DNA from: an uncultured Actinomycetes bacterium
GTDB taxonomy: Bacteria > Actinomycetota > Acidimicrobiia > IMCC26256 > PALSA-610
Assembly: GCA_963781425.1 (NCBI GenBank)
Contig: CAWAGX010000011.1
Coordinates: forward strand, 10,476-74,475
Length of the DNA: 64,000 bases
Direction of reading: 5' to 3'
Shown: piece after piece, positions 27,510 to 38,086 of the stretch
Position numbering within the stretch: position 1 is the first letter of the stretch
Layout: each line of letters begins with the position of its first letter
Translations under genes and position numbers: made by a program
Notes under the pieces: model-generated
What the model was told of the DNA's origin: nothing
Databases searched by the model: none
What the model saw: only the letters and a program-made list of their open reading frames with translations

Positions 27510-29523
27510 GTGCTGTTGACGACAATGTTCGCATCGCTCCCGACCGCGGCGACGGCGTCGGCGGCGTCGATCTGGGCGCCAGTGACGACTCCGACCCCGC
27601 TGGGGCCGTCCGACGCAGAGTTTCGGGTGTGGCGTGCGCGTCGCAGTGTTTCTCGGTCGGGAACTTCGTCAGTCCCTCAGGATTCACGCGGCCACTGATC
27701 CATGTACAGAACGGCAACGCGTGGTCGAACGTGTCTGCACCGTACGTCGTCGGTCACGACAGTTCGTTGGCCGGCATCGGGTGCTTCGGCGATTCGCTCT
27801 GTGTCGCGGTCGGGTCGCGGACGACCGGCACACAGTTGTTGACCTTCGTCGAACGCTGGAACGGCACGGGTTGGTCGATCGTCTCGAGCCCGAACCCTGC
27901 GGGCGCGGCGCGGAGCGAGCTGTCGAGTGTCGCGTGCGCGAGCGCGACGACGTGCTTCGCGGTCGGGCGGACGACGGCGACGAACGTGTCGGACGACGTC
28001 ACGTTGATCGAGCGGTGGAACGGCACGTCGTGGTCAGCCGTATCGAGTCCGAATCCCGCGGGCGCCGACTTCTCCCTGTTGTCCGGCGTGGCCTGTACGA
28101 GCCGACGGATTGCTTCGCGGTCGGCGAATCCACGAACCCGTCCGGGCACCGCGAAGTGTTGATCGAGCGTTGGAACGGCACCACGTGGGCGATCGTCGCG
28201 AGCCCGACGTTGAACCTGGAGTCGCGCTTGTCGTCGATCACCTGCACGAGCGCGACGAGCTGTTTCGCCGTCGGTGACCGGTCGGGTTTCCTCTCGCTCA
28301 CGTTGATCGAGCGGTGGAATGGCACATCGTGGTCGGTCGTCCCGTCGCCGACCCCGAACGGCGGCGGGCCGAACCAGCTGCTGGGTGTCTCGTGCACGAC
28401 TGCGCAGAGCTGCGTCGCAGTGGGTTCGCACAAAACCGAGACGCTGGTCGAACGTTGGAACGGCACCAAGTGGTCGATCGAGCCGAGCCGCAACCGGACG
28501 CCGGGAAGCAACGTGTTGCGGTCAGTGTCGTGCGCCGGCGACTGCTCCGCCGTCGGCTCATCCGGCACGGAGATCCGAACGATGATCGAGCGGGACGTCG
28601 CCGGCAGTTGGTCGATCGTCTTCACGACCAGTCCGAGCGGACCTTCCAACGCGCACCTACACGGCGTTGCATGCGTGAGCGCGACCAACTGTTTCGCGGT
28701 CGGCGATTCCCTCAGCCAAGCCCTCATCGAGCGGTGGGACGGCACGTCGTGGTCGATCGTCGCGAGCCCCCGACCCGCCGGTTCGATCGATTCCGAACTT
28801 CAGGACGTCACCTGCGTGTCGGCGACGACCTGTTTCGCCCTCGGCAATTACTCGACCGATACCGAGTTGCGCACGCTCGTTGAACAATGGAACGGCACTG
28901 CGTGGTCGGTCGTCCCGCCGCCCAATCCCCCGTCCCCGGCATCCGGCGAGTTGTCGGGTATCGCGTGTACGAGCGCGACGAATTGTTTCGCGGTCGGTTC
29001 GCAGTCGTTCCACTCCCTGATCGAGCGGTGGAACGGCACTTCGTGGTCGATCCTTGACAGCCAGGGCGATGGGTTGGTCCAGGATGTCGCCTGTCCGTCC
29101 ACGACGCGCTGTTTCGCCGTCGGCAGTCAGAGCAGCGGATCAGCGATCGAGACGTGGAACGGCACCAGCTGGTCACTCCACCCCAGCACGATCTCTTCCG
29201 GCTCGCTGCAAGGTGTCTCGTGTGTGAGCATCACCAACTGCATCGCGGTGGGGTACAAAGCCTCCGGGTCCGCACTCTTGAGCTTGCGGTGGAACGGCAC
29301 GACATGGTCGCAACTCGCCGTGCCGAACCCGGGTGGCGGGGACCCCGAGGTGTTCAGGAACTTCCTCGGTGTGGCGTGCACGAGCGCGACGAGTTGGAGC
29401 GGATCGAGCTGGTCCATCGTCGAATCGTCCCAACTCGGCTTCCTTCGGGATGTGTCGTGCACGAGCGCCTCGAGCTGCTTCGCCGTCGGTGATCGGAATG
29501 CGCAAACGCTGGCCCTGCGGTAG
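27510..29523 (+). CDS. Secreted Cys-containing tandem-repeat (beta-propeller-like) protein, about 13 repeats, 2 frame breaks
   Basis: Signal-like N-terminus MLLTTMFASLPTAATASAAS. About 13 units of 40-53 aa follow, with consensus L[IV]ERWNGT[ST]WS[IV]V.SPNP.G....L.GV[AS]C.SAT.CFAVG. Frame switches occur near 27620 and 28100. Confidence 0.7.
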
Positions 29524-29553
29524 GCGGCGCCGGCTCGTAAGTCCTGGTCAACG

Positions 29554-29639
29554 TGGTGCCCGAGGAGGGATTTGAACCCACACGCCCTTGCGAGCAACGG
29601 ATTTTGAGTCCGTCGTGTCTGCCATTCCACCACTCGGGC
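29554..29639 (-). tRNA. tRNA-Leu (anticodon CAA), class II with long variable arm, CCA encoded
   Basis: The reverse complement reads GCCCGAG UGGUGGAAUGGCAGACACGACGGA CUCAAAA UCCGU UGCUCGCAAGGGCGU GUGGGUUCAAAUCCCUC CUCGGGC ACCA. It has a 7-bp acceptor stem, anticodon loop CU-CAA-AA and T-loop GGUUCAAAUCC. Confidence 0.9.
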
Positions 29640-29693
29640 GCGGCTCGAGCGCGAGGCGCGTCCCTGCATTTTGCCATTCGGTACCATCGCCGG

Positions 29694-29957
29694 GTGGTGG
29701 AGTTCGTCGTCGGCATCATCGTCGGGGCATCGGTCGCGGCTTTGCTGATGATCCTCATCGGACCCTCGCGACGCGTCCGCGCCGAACGGCCGCTGCCACG
29801 CGAGTCGAAGACCAAGCTGCTGCTCGGCCAGGACCCGGATCAGCCGACGATCCCGCCGGCACCTCGCGTCGAGCACCCCCGCCAGTACTCGCCCAACGAG
29901 CTGGCCGCACTGGCCAAGCTCGGCGAGGAGCAACAGCGCCGCCGGCGCCGGAGCTGA
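29694..29957 (+). CDS. Possible small membrane-anchored protein
   Basis: GTG 29694 lies downstream of the tRNA. It has an N-terminal helix VVEFVVGIIVGASVAALLMILIG and then a charged tail. The part of ORF 29553-29957 that overlaps the tRNA is discarded. Confidence 0.3.
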   Translation: MVEFVVGIIVGASVAALLMILIGPSRRVRAERPLPRESKTKLLLGQDPDQPTIPPAPRVEHPRQYSPNELAALAKLGEEQQRRRRRS

Positions 29958-29962
29958 GCTCC

Positions 29963-30369
29963 GTCAGGCGAGGGCGAAGAGCAGGCGGGCCGCGGCAGCA
30001 CTGCGCGTCGTCGACCGTCGCGATGCCGCGTCCCCATCCGCCCCGCGCGCTCAGCCGCTCCATCTCGACCGCGAGCACCAGCTCGTCGCCGGGGCGGACG
30101 AGCCGGCGGAACCGCACGTCCTCGACGCCCCCGAACAGCGGCAGCTTGCCCGCGTAGCGGGCGTCGGCGAGCACCGCGATCGCGCCGGTCTGCGCGAGCG
30201 CCTCGAGCTGCAGCACGCCGGGGAACACGGGGTTGCCGGGGAAGTGGCCGGCGAGGAACGGCTCGTCGCCCGTGACGCGATAACGGGCCCGCACCGTGAC
30301 GCCGGGCTCGCACTCGTCGACCGCGTCGACGAACGGAACGGCGGCCGGTGCGGGAGCAGCGCGAGCCAC
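29963..30369 (-). CDS. fabZ: 3-hydroxyacyl-ACP dehydratase FabZ-like, one frame break near the 3-prime end
   Basis: TGDEPFLAGHFPGNPVFPGVLQLEALAQTGA is the hotdog-fold FabZ motif. The C-terminal LLFALA stop (29963) is in another frame. The GTG 30369 start is tentative. Confidence 0.65.
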
Positions 30370-30562
30370 CGCGTCGGCGTCCGGCGAGCACGGTTCCGGA
30401 CACTCAGTTTCGCAGTACCCCGTGGTTACCGTTCCGTACGAAACCCGTCGTTCATGCACCATGTACGCGGTCGACACGGGCTCGTGTAACCCTGCCTCGC
30501 AGGCTGCGGTCCAACCGTTTTCGACCTTCGCTCACCCCCCCACTCCTCCTCGGAGGTCTGTC

Positions 30563-31538
30563 TTGCGCGTCGCCGTCGTGTTCCCCGGCCAGGGAACGCA
30601 GCAGCCCGGCATGGGCGCGCCGTGGCAGGACGACCACCGGCGTGGAAGATCGTCGAGCAGGCCGAGGCCGCGCTCGGCGAGCCGCTCGCACCCCTGCTGC
30701 TCGACGCGCCGGCCGAGCAGCTCGCTCGCACGCGCAGACGCGCAGCTCGCGGTGCTGTGCACCTCGCTCGTCGCGTGGGAAGCGGCCGCGGCCGATGCTC
30801 GACGACATCGTCGCGTTCGCGGGCCACTCGCTCGGCCAGGTGACCGCGCTCATCGCGGCCGGCGTGCTCGACCTCGACGACGGCGTGCGCTTCGCCGCGC
30901 GCCGCGCCGAGCTCACGCAGGCCGCCGCCGACGCGCACCCCGGGCGCATGGCCGCGCTGCTCGGCGCGTCACCTGCGAGCAGGCCGAAGACGCGTGCGCG
31001 GCCGCGCCCGACGGCGTGCTGGGTCGCCAACGACAACGCACCCGGCCAGGTCGTCATCGCCGGGACCGCCGACGGTGTCGACGCCGCCGATCGCCCGGGC
31101 GAAGGAGCTCGGCGTGCGCCGGGCCATCGGCCTCAACGTCGGCGGCGCGTTCCACACGCCGTTGATGAGCACCGCGGGCGATGCGCTCGCCGACGTGCTG
31201 GCGGACGGTCACCTTCACGGCGCCGAGCGCGCCGGTCGTCTCGAACCACGACGGCGCCGCCTACGACGACGACACCGACGGCTGGCGCACCCGCCTCGCC
31301 GAGCACGTCACCGTGCCCGTGCGCTGGCGCACTTCGATGGAAACGCTCGCCGGGCTGCGGCGCCGCCGCGTTCGTCGAGGTCGGCCACGGCTCGATGATC
31401 GCCGGGGTCGCCAAGCGCACGGTTCCCGACCCGTGCTCCCGTGCGGCTCGCCTGACCGAATGTGCTGCTCTCACGGCCGAGCTGGGCGCCGAGCGACCGC
31501 AGACGTGTTCGGACAACCCCAGAGAGATGTTGTCGTGA
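30563..31538 (+). CDS. fabD: Malonyl-CoA:ACP transacylase, about 7 frame breaks
   Basis: TTG 30563 lies 6 nt after GGAGG. Motifs VVFPGQGTQQPGMG, AFAGHSLGQVTALIAAG, ANDNAPGQVVIAG, GGAFHTPLM and VEVGHGSMIAG are distributed over three frames. Confidence 0.75.
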
Positions 31539-31805
31539 CCGTCCCCGTGACTCGACCGTCGAAGGCGAGCGGCTCGCGTGGTCGAGCGCATGATCGTCGC
31601 GCCGGCCGTCGGCGTCTTCCGGGCCGCTCGGCATCGACGAGGGCGCGACCGTCGCGCGTCGGCGAGATCGTGGGCGTCGTCGAGGGACCCGGGCACCCGC
31701 GAGCCCGGTGCGCAGCCCGTTCGCGGCGTACTGATGGGCATGCTGGCCCACTCGGGCGAACGCCTGCGCGAAGGCCAGCCCGTCGCCTGGTTGCGGGTCG
31801 CGTGA
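31535..31805 (+). CDS. Small biotinyl/lipoyl-attachment-fold protein lacking the modifiable Lys, frame-disrupted
   Basis: The GTGA overlap with the fabD stop is followed by IVAPAVGVFRP...[48 protein letters not shown]. This has the hammerhead-fold pattern, but no (A/E)MK motif is visible. Confidence 0.45.
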
Positions 31806-32800
31806 CGTGCTTCCGACCGGCAATCGTCGGCTGGGGCACCGCCGTCCCGGACGGCAAGCGTCACGAACGCCGACCTCGAGGCCCGCGTCGACACGACCGA
31901 CGCGTGGATCGTCGAACGCACGGGCATCCGCGAGCGTCGCGTCGCGCGCCGTCGGCGAGACGACCGCGTCGCTCGCGGACTGCCGCGGCCGCGCAGGCGA
32001 TCAAACGCGCCGGCCTCGCACCCGCCGACATCGACCTCCTGATCATCGCCACCGCGTCACCCGAGCAGCCCATCCCCCACACCGGCGCGTTCGTCGGCGA
32101 GGCGCTCGGGCTTGCGGTGCGGCTCGTTCGACCTGAACGCGGCGTGCGCCGGGTTCGTGTACGAGCTCGTCGTCGGCGCGTCGATGCTCCAGATGGGGTA
32201 CGACCACGTGCTTGCTCGTCGGCGCGGAGACGCTGAGCCGCATCATCGACCCCGAGGACCGCACCACCACCGTGCTCTTCGGCGACGGCGCCGGCGCCGC
32301 GGTCATGCACGCGGCACGACGGGTGACACCGGGTCTGCTCGCCTGGGATCTCGGTTGCGACGGCTCGGCCGCGGGCCTGCTCGAGATCCCGGCCGGCGGC
32401 CGAGGCTGCCCGCATCAGCCCAGACCGTCGCCGATCGCGCGCACTACCTGAAGATGGCCGGCCAAGAGGTCTTCCGCCGCGCCGTGCGGGCCGTCGTCGA
32501 ATCGGCGACACACGACGCTCGAGCGTGCCGGAGTCGACGCGACCGAGGTCGACTGGTTCGTGCCGCACCAGGCGAACGCCCGCATCATCGACGCCGCCGC
32601 CGAACCGGCTCGGCTTCGGTCCCGAGCGCACACTCGTCAACATCGATCGCTACGGCAACACGTCGTCGGCATCGATCCCGCTCGCGTTGTTCGAAGCCGT
32701 CGACGACGGCCGGGTCCGCGACGGCGACCTCGTGCTCTGCTCCGGGTTCGGCGCGGGCATGACGTGGGCGAGCGCGCTGATGCGGTGGGGCGCGCGGTGA
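31802..32800 (+). CDS. fabH: 3-oxoacyl-ACP synthase III, many frame breaks
   Basis: GTGA overlap with the upstream stop. Motifs [26 protein letters not shown] (active-site Cys), [20 protein letters not shown] and [16 protein letters not shown] lie in alternating frames. Confidence 0.75.
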
Positions 32801-33564
32801 CGGAACGAGCTGGCGACGCCCGACGTGTCGCGTTCGTCACCGGTGGGTCCCGAGGGATCGGCCGCGCGACCGTCGTCGCGCTCGCGCGGGCCGGGTCATC
32901 CGGTCGGGTTCTGCTACTCGTCCGACAAGGACGGCGCGCGGGCGACACACGAGGCTGCCGAGCACGCGGGCGGCAAGGCGGTCGCGGTGTGCGCCGACGT
33001 CGCCGACGCCGACGTCGATCGACACGGCGTTCCGCGAGGTCGAGAGCGCGTTCGGGCCCGGTCACCGTCCTCGTGAACAACGCCGGGATCACGCGCGACG
33101 GGCTCGTCGTGCGCATGACCGACGAGCACTGGCGCGACGTGCTCGACACCAACCTCACCGGCGCGTTCCACACGATCCGCCGCGCCACGCCGGCCATGAT
33201 GAAGGCCCGCTACGGCCGCATCGTGAACGTCTCCTCGGCCAGCGCGCTACATCGGCCAGGCCGGGCAGGCGAACTACGCGGCCGCCAAGGCCGGGCCTCG
33301 TCGGCCTCACCCGCAGCGTCGCCCGCGAGCTCGCCCGCAGGCAACATCACCTGCAATGTGGTGGCGCCGGGACCTATCGTGACCTCGATGACCGACGAAC
33401 TGACCGACGACTGGCGCGGGGAGGCCGAGCCGCAGTGCCGCTGGGCCGCTTCGGTACTGCCGAGGAATGCGCCGCCGTCATCGCATTCCTGTGCTCGGAA
33501 GCTGCGAGCTACGTCACGGGCGCAGTCGTGCCCGTCGACGGCGGGCTCGGCCATGGGCCACTGA
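32797..33564 (+). CDS. fabG: 3-oxoacyl-ACP reductase, frame-disrupted
   Basis: GTGA overlap with the fabH stop. Motifs VTGGSRGIGRA, LVNNAGITRDG, IVNVSSA, NYAAAKAG, NVVAPGPI and YVTGAVVPVDGGLG lie in several frames. Confidence 0.75.
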   Translation: MTERAGDARRVAFVTGGSRGIGRATVVALARAGSSGRVLLLVRQGRRAGDTRGCRARGRQGGRGVRRRRRRRRRSTRRSARSRARSGPVTVLVNNAGITRDGLVVRMTDEHWRDVLDTNLTGAFHTIRRATPAMMKARYGRIVNVSSASALHRPGRAGELRGRQGRASSASPAASPASSPAGNITCNVVAPGPIVTSMTDELTDDWRGEAEPQCRWAASVLPRNAPPSSHSCARKLRATSRAQSCPSTAGSAMGH

Positions 33565-33585
33565 TCCGAACCAGGAGGAACGGCA

Positions 33586-33831
33586 ATGGAACGCGCCGAA
33601 GCGCTCGACACGATCAAGGAGGTCGCCGCCGAGGTCTTGAGCGTCGACCCCGACCAGGTCACCGAGACCGCACGGTTCAAGGAGGATCTCGACGCCGACA
33701 GCCTCGACCTCGTCGAGCTCGTGATGGGCCTCGAGGAGCGCTTCGACATCGAGGTGCCCGAGGAGGATCTCGAAGGCGTCACGACCGTCGGCCAAGCGGT
33801 CGACCTCGTGCTCGCGAAGGTGGATGCGTGA
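33586..33831 (+). CDS. acpP: Acyl carrier protein
   Basis: Intact 81-aa ORF with the DLDADSLDLVELVMGLEERF phosphopantetheine-Ser motif, in fab operon context. Confidence 0.9.
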   Translation: MERAEALDTIKEVAAEVLSVDPDQVTETARFKEDLDADSLDLVELVMGLEERFDIEVPEEDLEGVTTVGQAVDLVLAKVDA

Positions 33832-33879
33832 AAGTGAGCGTCCGCGAACCGAAGGCGCCGAGAGCAAAGCGATGAACAG

Positions 33880-35128
33880 ATGACGACCGACCACCGCGGC
33901 CGCGTCCGCGTTGCCGTCACCGGTATCGGCGTGAAGACGCCCGCGGGCAACGACCTCGACACGTTCTGGTCGACGATCGCAGCCGGCCGGTCGATGGCGG
34001 CGACGATCGGCCGCTTCGATCCGTCGCCGCTGCCGGTGCGCTTCGGTTGCGAGGTCCGCGACTTCGACTCGGCCGCGTATCTCGGCGCCAAGGAATCGCC
34101 GCCGCGTCGACCGCGTGACCCAGCTCGGCTTCGCCGCGGCCGCCGACGCCCTCGACGACGCCGGCGAGCATCGGCGCCGATCCGGCCCGCAGCGCGGTGA
34201 TCATCGGCACCGGTATCGGCGGTCTGATCACGCTCGAGGAACAGGTCTCGGTATATCTCGAAAAGGGCGCCGGCGCGGGTCAGCCCGTTCCTCGTGCCGA
34301 TGATGATGGCGAACGCGACCGCGGGCACCATCGCCATGCAGTTCGGCTGGAAGGGCCCGAACCTCTGCGTCGCGACCGCCTGCGCGGCGAGCGCGAACGC
34401 GATCGGCGAGGCGGCGCGCCTCATCCGCGACGACACCGCCGACGTCGTGATGACGGGCGGTACCGAGGCGTGCATGACGCCGACCGCGATCTCCGCGTTC
34501 GCGCGCATGACCGCCCTGAGTACGCGCAACGACGATCCGGAGCACGCGTCGCGGCCCTTCGACGCCGATCGCGACGGGTTCGTCATGGGCGAAGGTGCCG
34601 CGGCCCTCGTGCTCGAGCGGTGGGATCGCGCGGTGGCACGCGGCGCACGCATCTACGGCGAGGTCGTCGGCTACGGCCGCAACGCCGACGCGTACCACAT
34701 CACTGCGCCGTCGCCGGGTGGAGAAGGCGCCGCCGCGTGCATGCAGCTCGCGTTCGACGACGCCGGCCTGGCGGCGGCGGCGATCGGTCACGTGAACGCG
34801 CACGGCACGTCGACGCCATTGAACGACGCGGCCGAGGCCGAAGCGATCCGCAAGGTGTTCGGCGATACCCCTCCGCCGGTGACGTCGACGAAGGGCGTGA
34901 CCGGACACCTCATCGGCGCCGCCGGCGCGACCGAAGCAGTGGCGTCCCTGCTCGCGTTCGACACACGGCGAAGTCCCGCCGACCGCGAACCTCGAACGGC
35001 TCGGCGACGACATCACGCTCGACGTGGTCGCGGGCGCGGCGCGCGCGCTCGCACCTGCACCCGCGCTGTCGAACTCGTTCGGGTTCGGCGGCCACAACGC
35101 GACCCTCGTGTTCGCGCCGGGTTCGTGA
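33880..35128 (+). CDS. fabF: 3-oxoacyl-ACP synthase II, about 4 frame breaks
   Basis: VAVTGIGVKTPAGN, ATACAASANAIGEA (Cys), NAHGTSTPLND, KGVTGHLIGAAGA and SNSFGFGGHNATLVF stop. The frames alternate. Confidence 0.8.
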
Positions 35129-36469
35129 CCGCCGTTCCGCTGAACGCACGCGCCGACGCCGCCGCGTCGGCGGAGCTCCGAGATGTCGACGGCCGGAAGA
35201 TCGTGTGGTTCCGAATCGCGGGCGGCAAGCACCACGGCGCCATCGGGCTCAGCGGCGCCGCGACCGTCGAGCGCGCGGTGCAGCATGGCCGGCACCCTCG
35301 GGCTCCCGCTCGTCGGCGAGCTCGACACCTCGGGCGCAGAGCTCCGCGACGGCGTCGCCGCGCTGCACGCATGGGGCCGGCTCGCCCGAGCGCTCGTCGA
35401 GCTCTCGGGACGGGTACCGACGCTGGCCGTGGTCACCGGCGCGTGCGTGTCGGGTCCGGCGCTGGCCCTCGGGCTGTTCGACCACGTCGTGATGACCGAC
35501 GACGCGTTCGCGTACGTCACCGGGCCCGAGTCCGTCGAGGAGTTCACCGGGGATGTCCGTGTCGCGTGAACAGCTCGGCGGCGCGGCGATGCACGGCGGC
35601 GCGCACCGGCGTCGCCTCGATGGTCGTGCCGGACGAGCTCGCGGCGCGCGACGCGATCGCAGCACTGCTCTGTCGTACCTGCCCGACCACCACCTCGCCG
35701 ATCCCCCGCGGCACGTCGTCGACGACATCCGCCGACCGGTCGTGCGAACGCGCGGCCGCGGCGGTGCCGGCACGCCCGGCCGCCTCGTACGACGTGCGCG
35801 TCGTCGTCGGCGACGTGCTCGACGCCGGCTCCTTCCTCGAAGTGCGCGCCCGCTACGCGCCCAACCTCGTCACCGGGCTCGGCACGCTCGCCGGCCGCCC
35901 GGTCGGCATCGTCGCGAACCAGCCGTGCCACCGCGCCGGGCACGCTCGACATCGAGGCGTCGCGCAAGGCCGCCCGGTTCGTCGCGTGGTGCGACACCTT
36001 CAACCTGCCGCTCATCACGTTCGTCGACACGCCCGGGCTTCGAACCCGGCCGCGATCTCGAGTGGCGGGGAATGATCCGCCACGGCGCCGAGCTCGTCCA
36101 CGCCTACGCGGCGGCAACCGTGCCGCGGATCTGCGTCGTGCTCCGCAAGGCGTACGGCGGCGCGTACATCGTCATGGACTCGCGTCGCATCGGCAACGAC
36201 TTCTGCGTTGCGTGGCCCGGTGCCGAGATCGCGGTCATGGGCGCGGCGGGCGCCGTCGCGATCCTCAACAAGGGCCGTACCGATCCGGAGCTCGTCGAGA
36301 GTACCGGGACGGCATTCGAGAACCCGTACCGCGCCGCCGAGCGCGGGCTGCGTCGACGCCGTGATCGATCCGCGAAGACACGCGGCGCGTGCTCTGCGAC
36401 GCGCTCGAGATGCTCGTCAACAAGCGCGACGCGCAGCCGGCTCGCCGCCATTCGAACACCCCCCTATGA
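35125..36469 (+). CDS. Acyl-CoA carboxylase carboxyltransferase (beta) subunit, frame-disrupted
   Basis: GTGA overlap with the fabF stop. Motifs are [85 protein letters not shown] and [11 protein letters not shown]. Confidence 0.7.
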
Positions 36470-36491
36470 GCCCCACCAACCGGAGGGTCGC

Positions 36492-37250
36492 ATGCTGCTG
36501 GCCGACAAGCGCATCCTCGTCACCGGCGTCCTGAACGACGCGTCGATCGCGTTCCAGCGTTGCCCGGCAGGCGCAAGGAGGAAGGCGCGGAGGTGGTGCT
36601 CACCTCGTTCGGCCGGGCGATGAGCCTCACGCAGCGGGCGGCGCGCCGGCTCCCGACCGAGCCGCCGATCATCGAGCTCGACGTCACCGACGCCGCCCAT
36701 CTCGACGCGCTCGCCGGACGTGTCGGCGGCCGGCTCGACGGCGTGCTCCACGCGATCGGCTTCGCACCGGAGTCGTGCCTCGGCGGCGGGTTTCTCACCG
36801 CGCCGTGGGAGGACGTCGCGGTCGCGTTGCAGATCTCGGCGTACTCGTTGAAGGCGCTCGCGGTGGCGTGCCGGCCTTTGATGGACGGACGGCACCATCG
36901 TCGGCCTCGACTTCGACAACAGCCGGGTCGCGTGGCCCGTCTACGACTGGATGGGCGTCGCCAAGGCCGCGTTCGAGTCAACTGCTCGCTACCTCGCTCG
37001 CGACCTCGGGCCGCAAGGGATACGCGTGAACCTCGTCGCTGCGGGACCGATCCGCACGATCGCCGCCCGCAGCATTCCTGGCTTCGAGCAGTTCGAGGAA
37101 GCCTGGGACGAACGGGCGCCGCTCGGATGGAACGTCAAGGACCCCGAAGCCGTGGCGAGCGCGTGCGTCGCGCTGCTCTCGGACCTGTTCCCTGCGACGA
37201 CCGGCGAGGTCGTCCACGTCGACGGCGGCTACCACATCATCGGGGCGTAA
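36492..37250 (+). CDS. fabI: Enoyl-ACP reductase (NADH), InhA/FabI type, about 2 frame breaks
   Basis: ATG follows GGAGGG. KRILVTGVLNDASIAF, LDGVLHAIGFAP, YDWMGVAKAAFEST.RYLARDLGP.GIRVNLVAAGPIRT and TGEVVHVDGGYH. Confidence 0.75.
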
Positions 37251-37317
37251 TTCTGGGTCGCTGCGCACCCTTCGGGCTGCTTCGCTCGCCGCATCGTTGA
37301 CTGCTACTGCTCCGCGA

Positions 37318-38085
37318 TCAGCCCACGCGGGAGGCGAGGGCGGCGCCGAGCTCGTCGGCGATCGCGACGGCGACCAAGCGCTTCTGGAGCGGCGCGCGCG
37401 TCATGTCCGCCGCATACAGCACGAGCCGGCCGTATTCGTGGCCGCGGCCCTTGACCGGCACTTCGACCCCACCGGTCGGCAGGAGGAAGTCGCCCGACGC
37501 GACCAGGCGGGCGCGCTCCAGCGCGCCGCGTTGACCGAGGCGCGGCAGCTCGGGTCCGGACGGAACCGGCTCGTACACGCAGTCGACGAGACCGAACAGG
37601 CCGATCAGCTCGGCTCGAGCCGAGGAGACGACGTCGTCGACGTCGGCACCCCGCGACGACAGGTCTGCGACGCGGTAGAGCCGGTCGAGCTCGGAGCGGG
37701 TCTCTCGCGCGTCGACGCCGCCGCGCCGGGCGCGGACGCCGAGCTCGGCGGCGACGAGACCCACGATCGCGAGCACGACGAACGTCGCGACGTCGTCGCC
37801 GCTCGCAATACGCAGCGACAAGTACGGCTTGGTGAACACGAAGTTGAACGACAGCGCCGCCACGATTGCCGAGACCACGCCCGCGATCCGACCGCCGATG
37901 ATGGCGCCGAGCAGGACCGGGATGACGAGCGCGAGCGCCATGTCCGCGTTCGGAATGTGATCGCGCAGCGGCACGAGCGCAAACGACAGGAACAGCGCGC
38001 CGAGCGCGCCGACGGCAGTGCCGATGTAGACGCTGCCCTCGCCGATCTCCCTCGGGCGTTCGGGACCGAGCTCGTAGTACGGCAT
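37318..38085 (-). CDS. DUF4118-type (KdpD membrane-domain-like) protein with C-terminal GAF-like region
   Basis: Intact 255-aa ORF. The helices ALALVIPVLLGAIIGGRIAGVVSAIVAALSFNFVFTKPYLSLRI...ATFVVLAIVGLVAAEL match the KdpD TM-domain pattern. It lies immediately downstream of kdpE. Confidence 0.6.
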   Translation of the reverse strand: MPYYELGPERPREIGEGSVYIGTAVGALGALFLSFALVPLRDHIPNADMALALVIPVLLGAIIGGRIAGVVSAIVAALSFNFVFTKPYLSLRIASGDDVATFVVLAIVGLVAAELGVRARRGGVDARETRSELDRLYRVADLSSRGADVDDVVSSARAELIGLFGLVDCVYEPVPSGPELPRLGQRGALERARLVASGDFLLPTGGVEVPVKGRGHEYGRLVLYAADMTRAPLQKRLVAVAIADELGAALASRVG

Positions 38086-38086
38086 G

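Noticed and set aside
29553-29693. The 5-prime part of ORF 29553-29957, which overlaps the tRNA-Leu gene.
   Set aside because: It is the antisense translation of a tRNA. Only the downstream GTG-initiated hydrophobic part is kept, at low confidence.
29524-29700. tRNA-Leu as an integration site for a mobile element or genomic island.
   Set aside because: I found no integrase, no direct repeat of the tRNA 3-prime end elsewhere in the window, and housekeeping genes on both sides.
36030-36060. A GGCTTCGAACCCGG string resembling a tRNA T-arm.
   Set aside because: It lies inside the carboxyltransferase coding sequence (TPGFEPGRD), and no cloverleaf can be built around it.
30563-37250. Calling the whole FAS-II operon a set of pseudogenes.
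   Set aside because: Every catalytic motif is preserved at the amino-acid level between the frame breaks, and the genes are essential. This pattern fits sequencing or consensus indels better than decay, so they are listed as frame-disrupted CDS.
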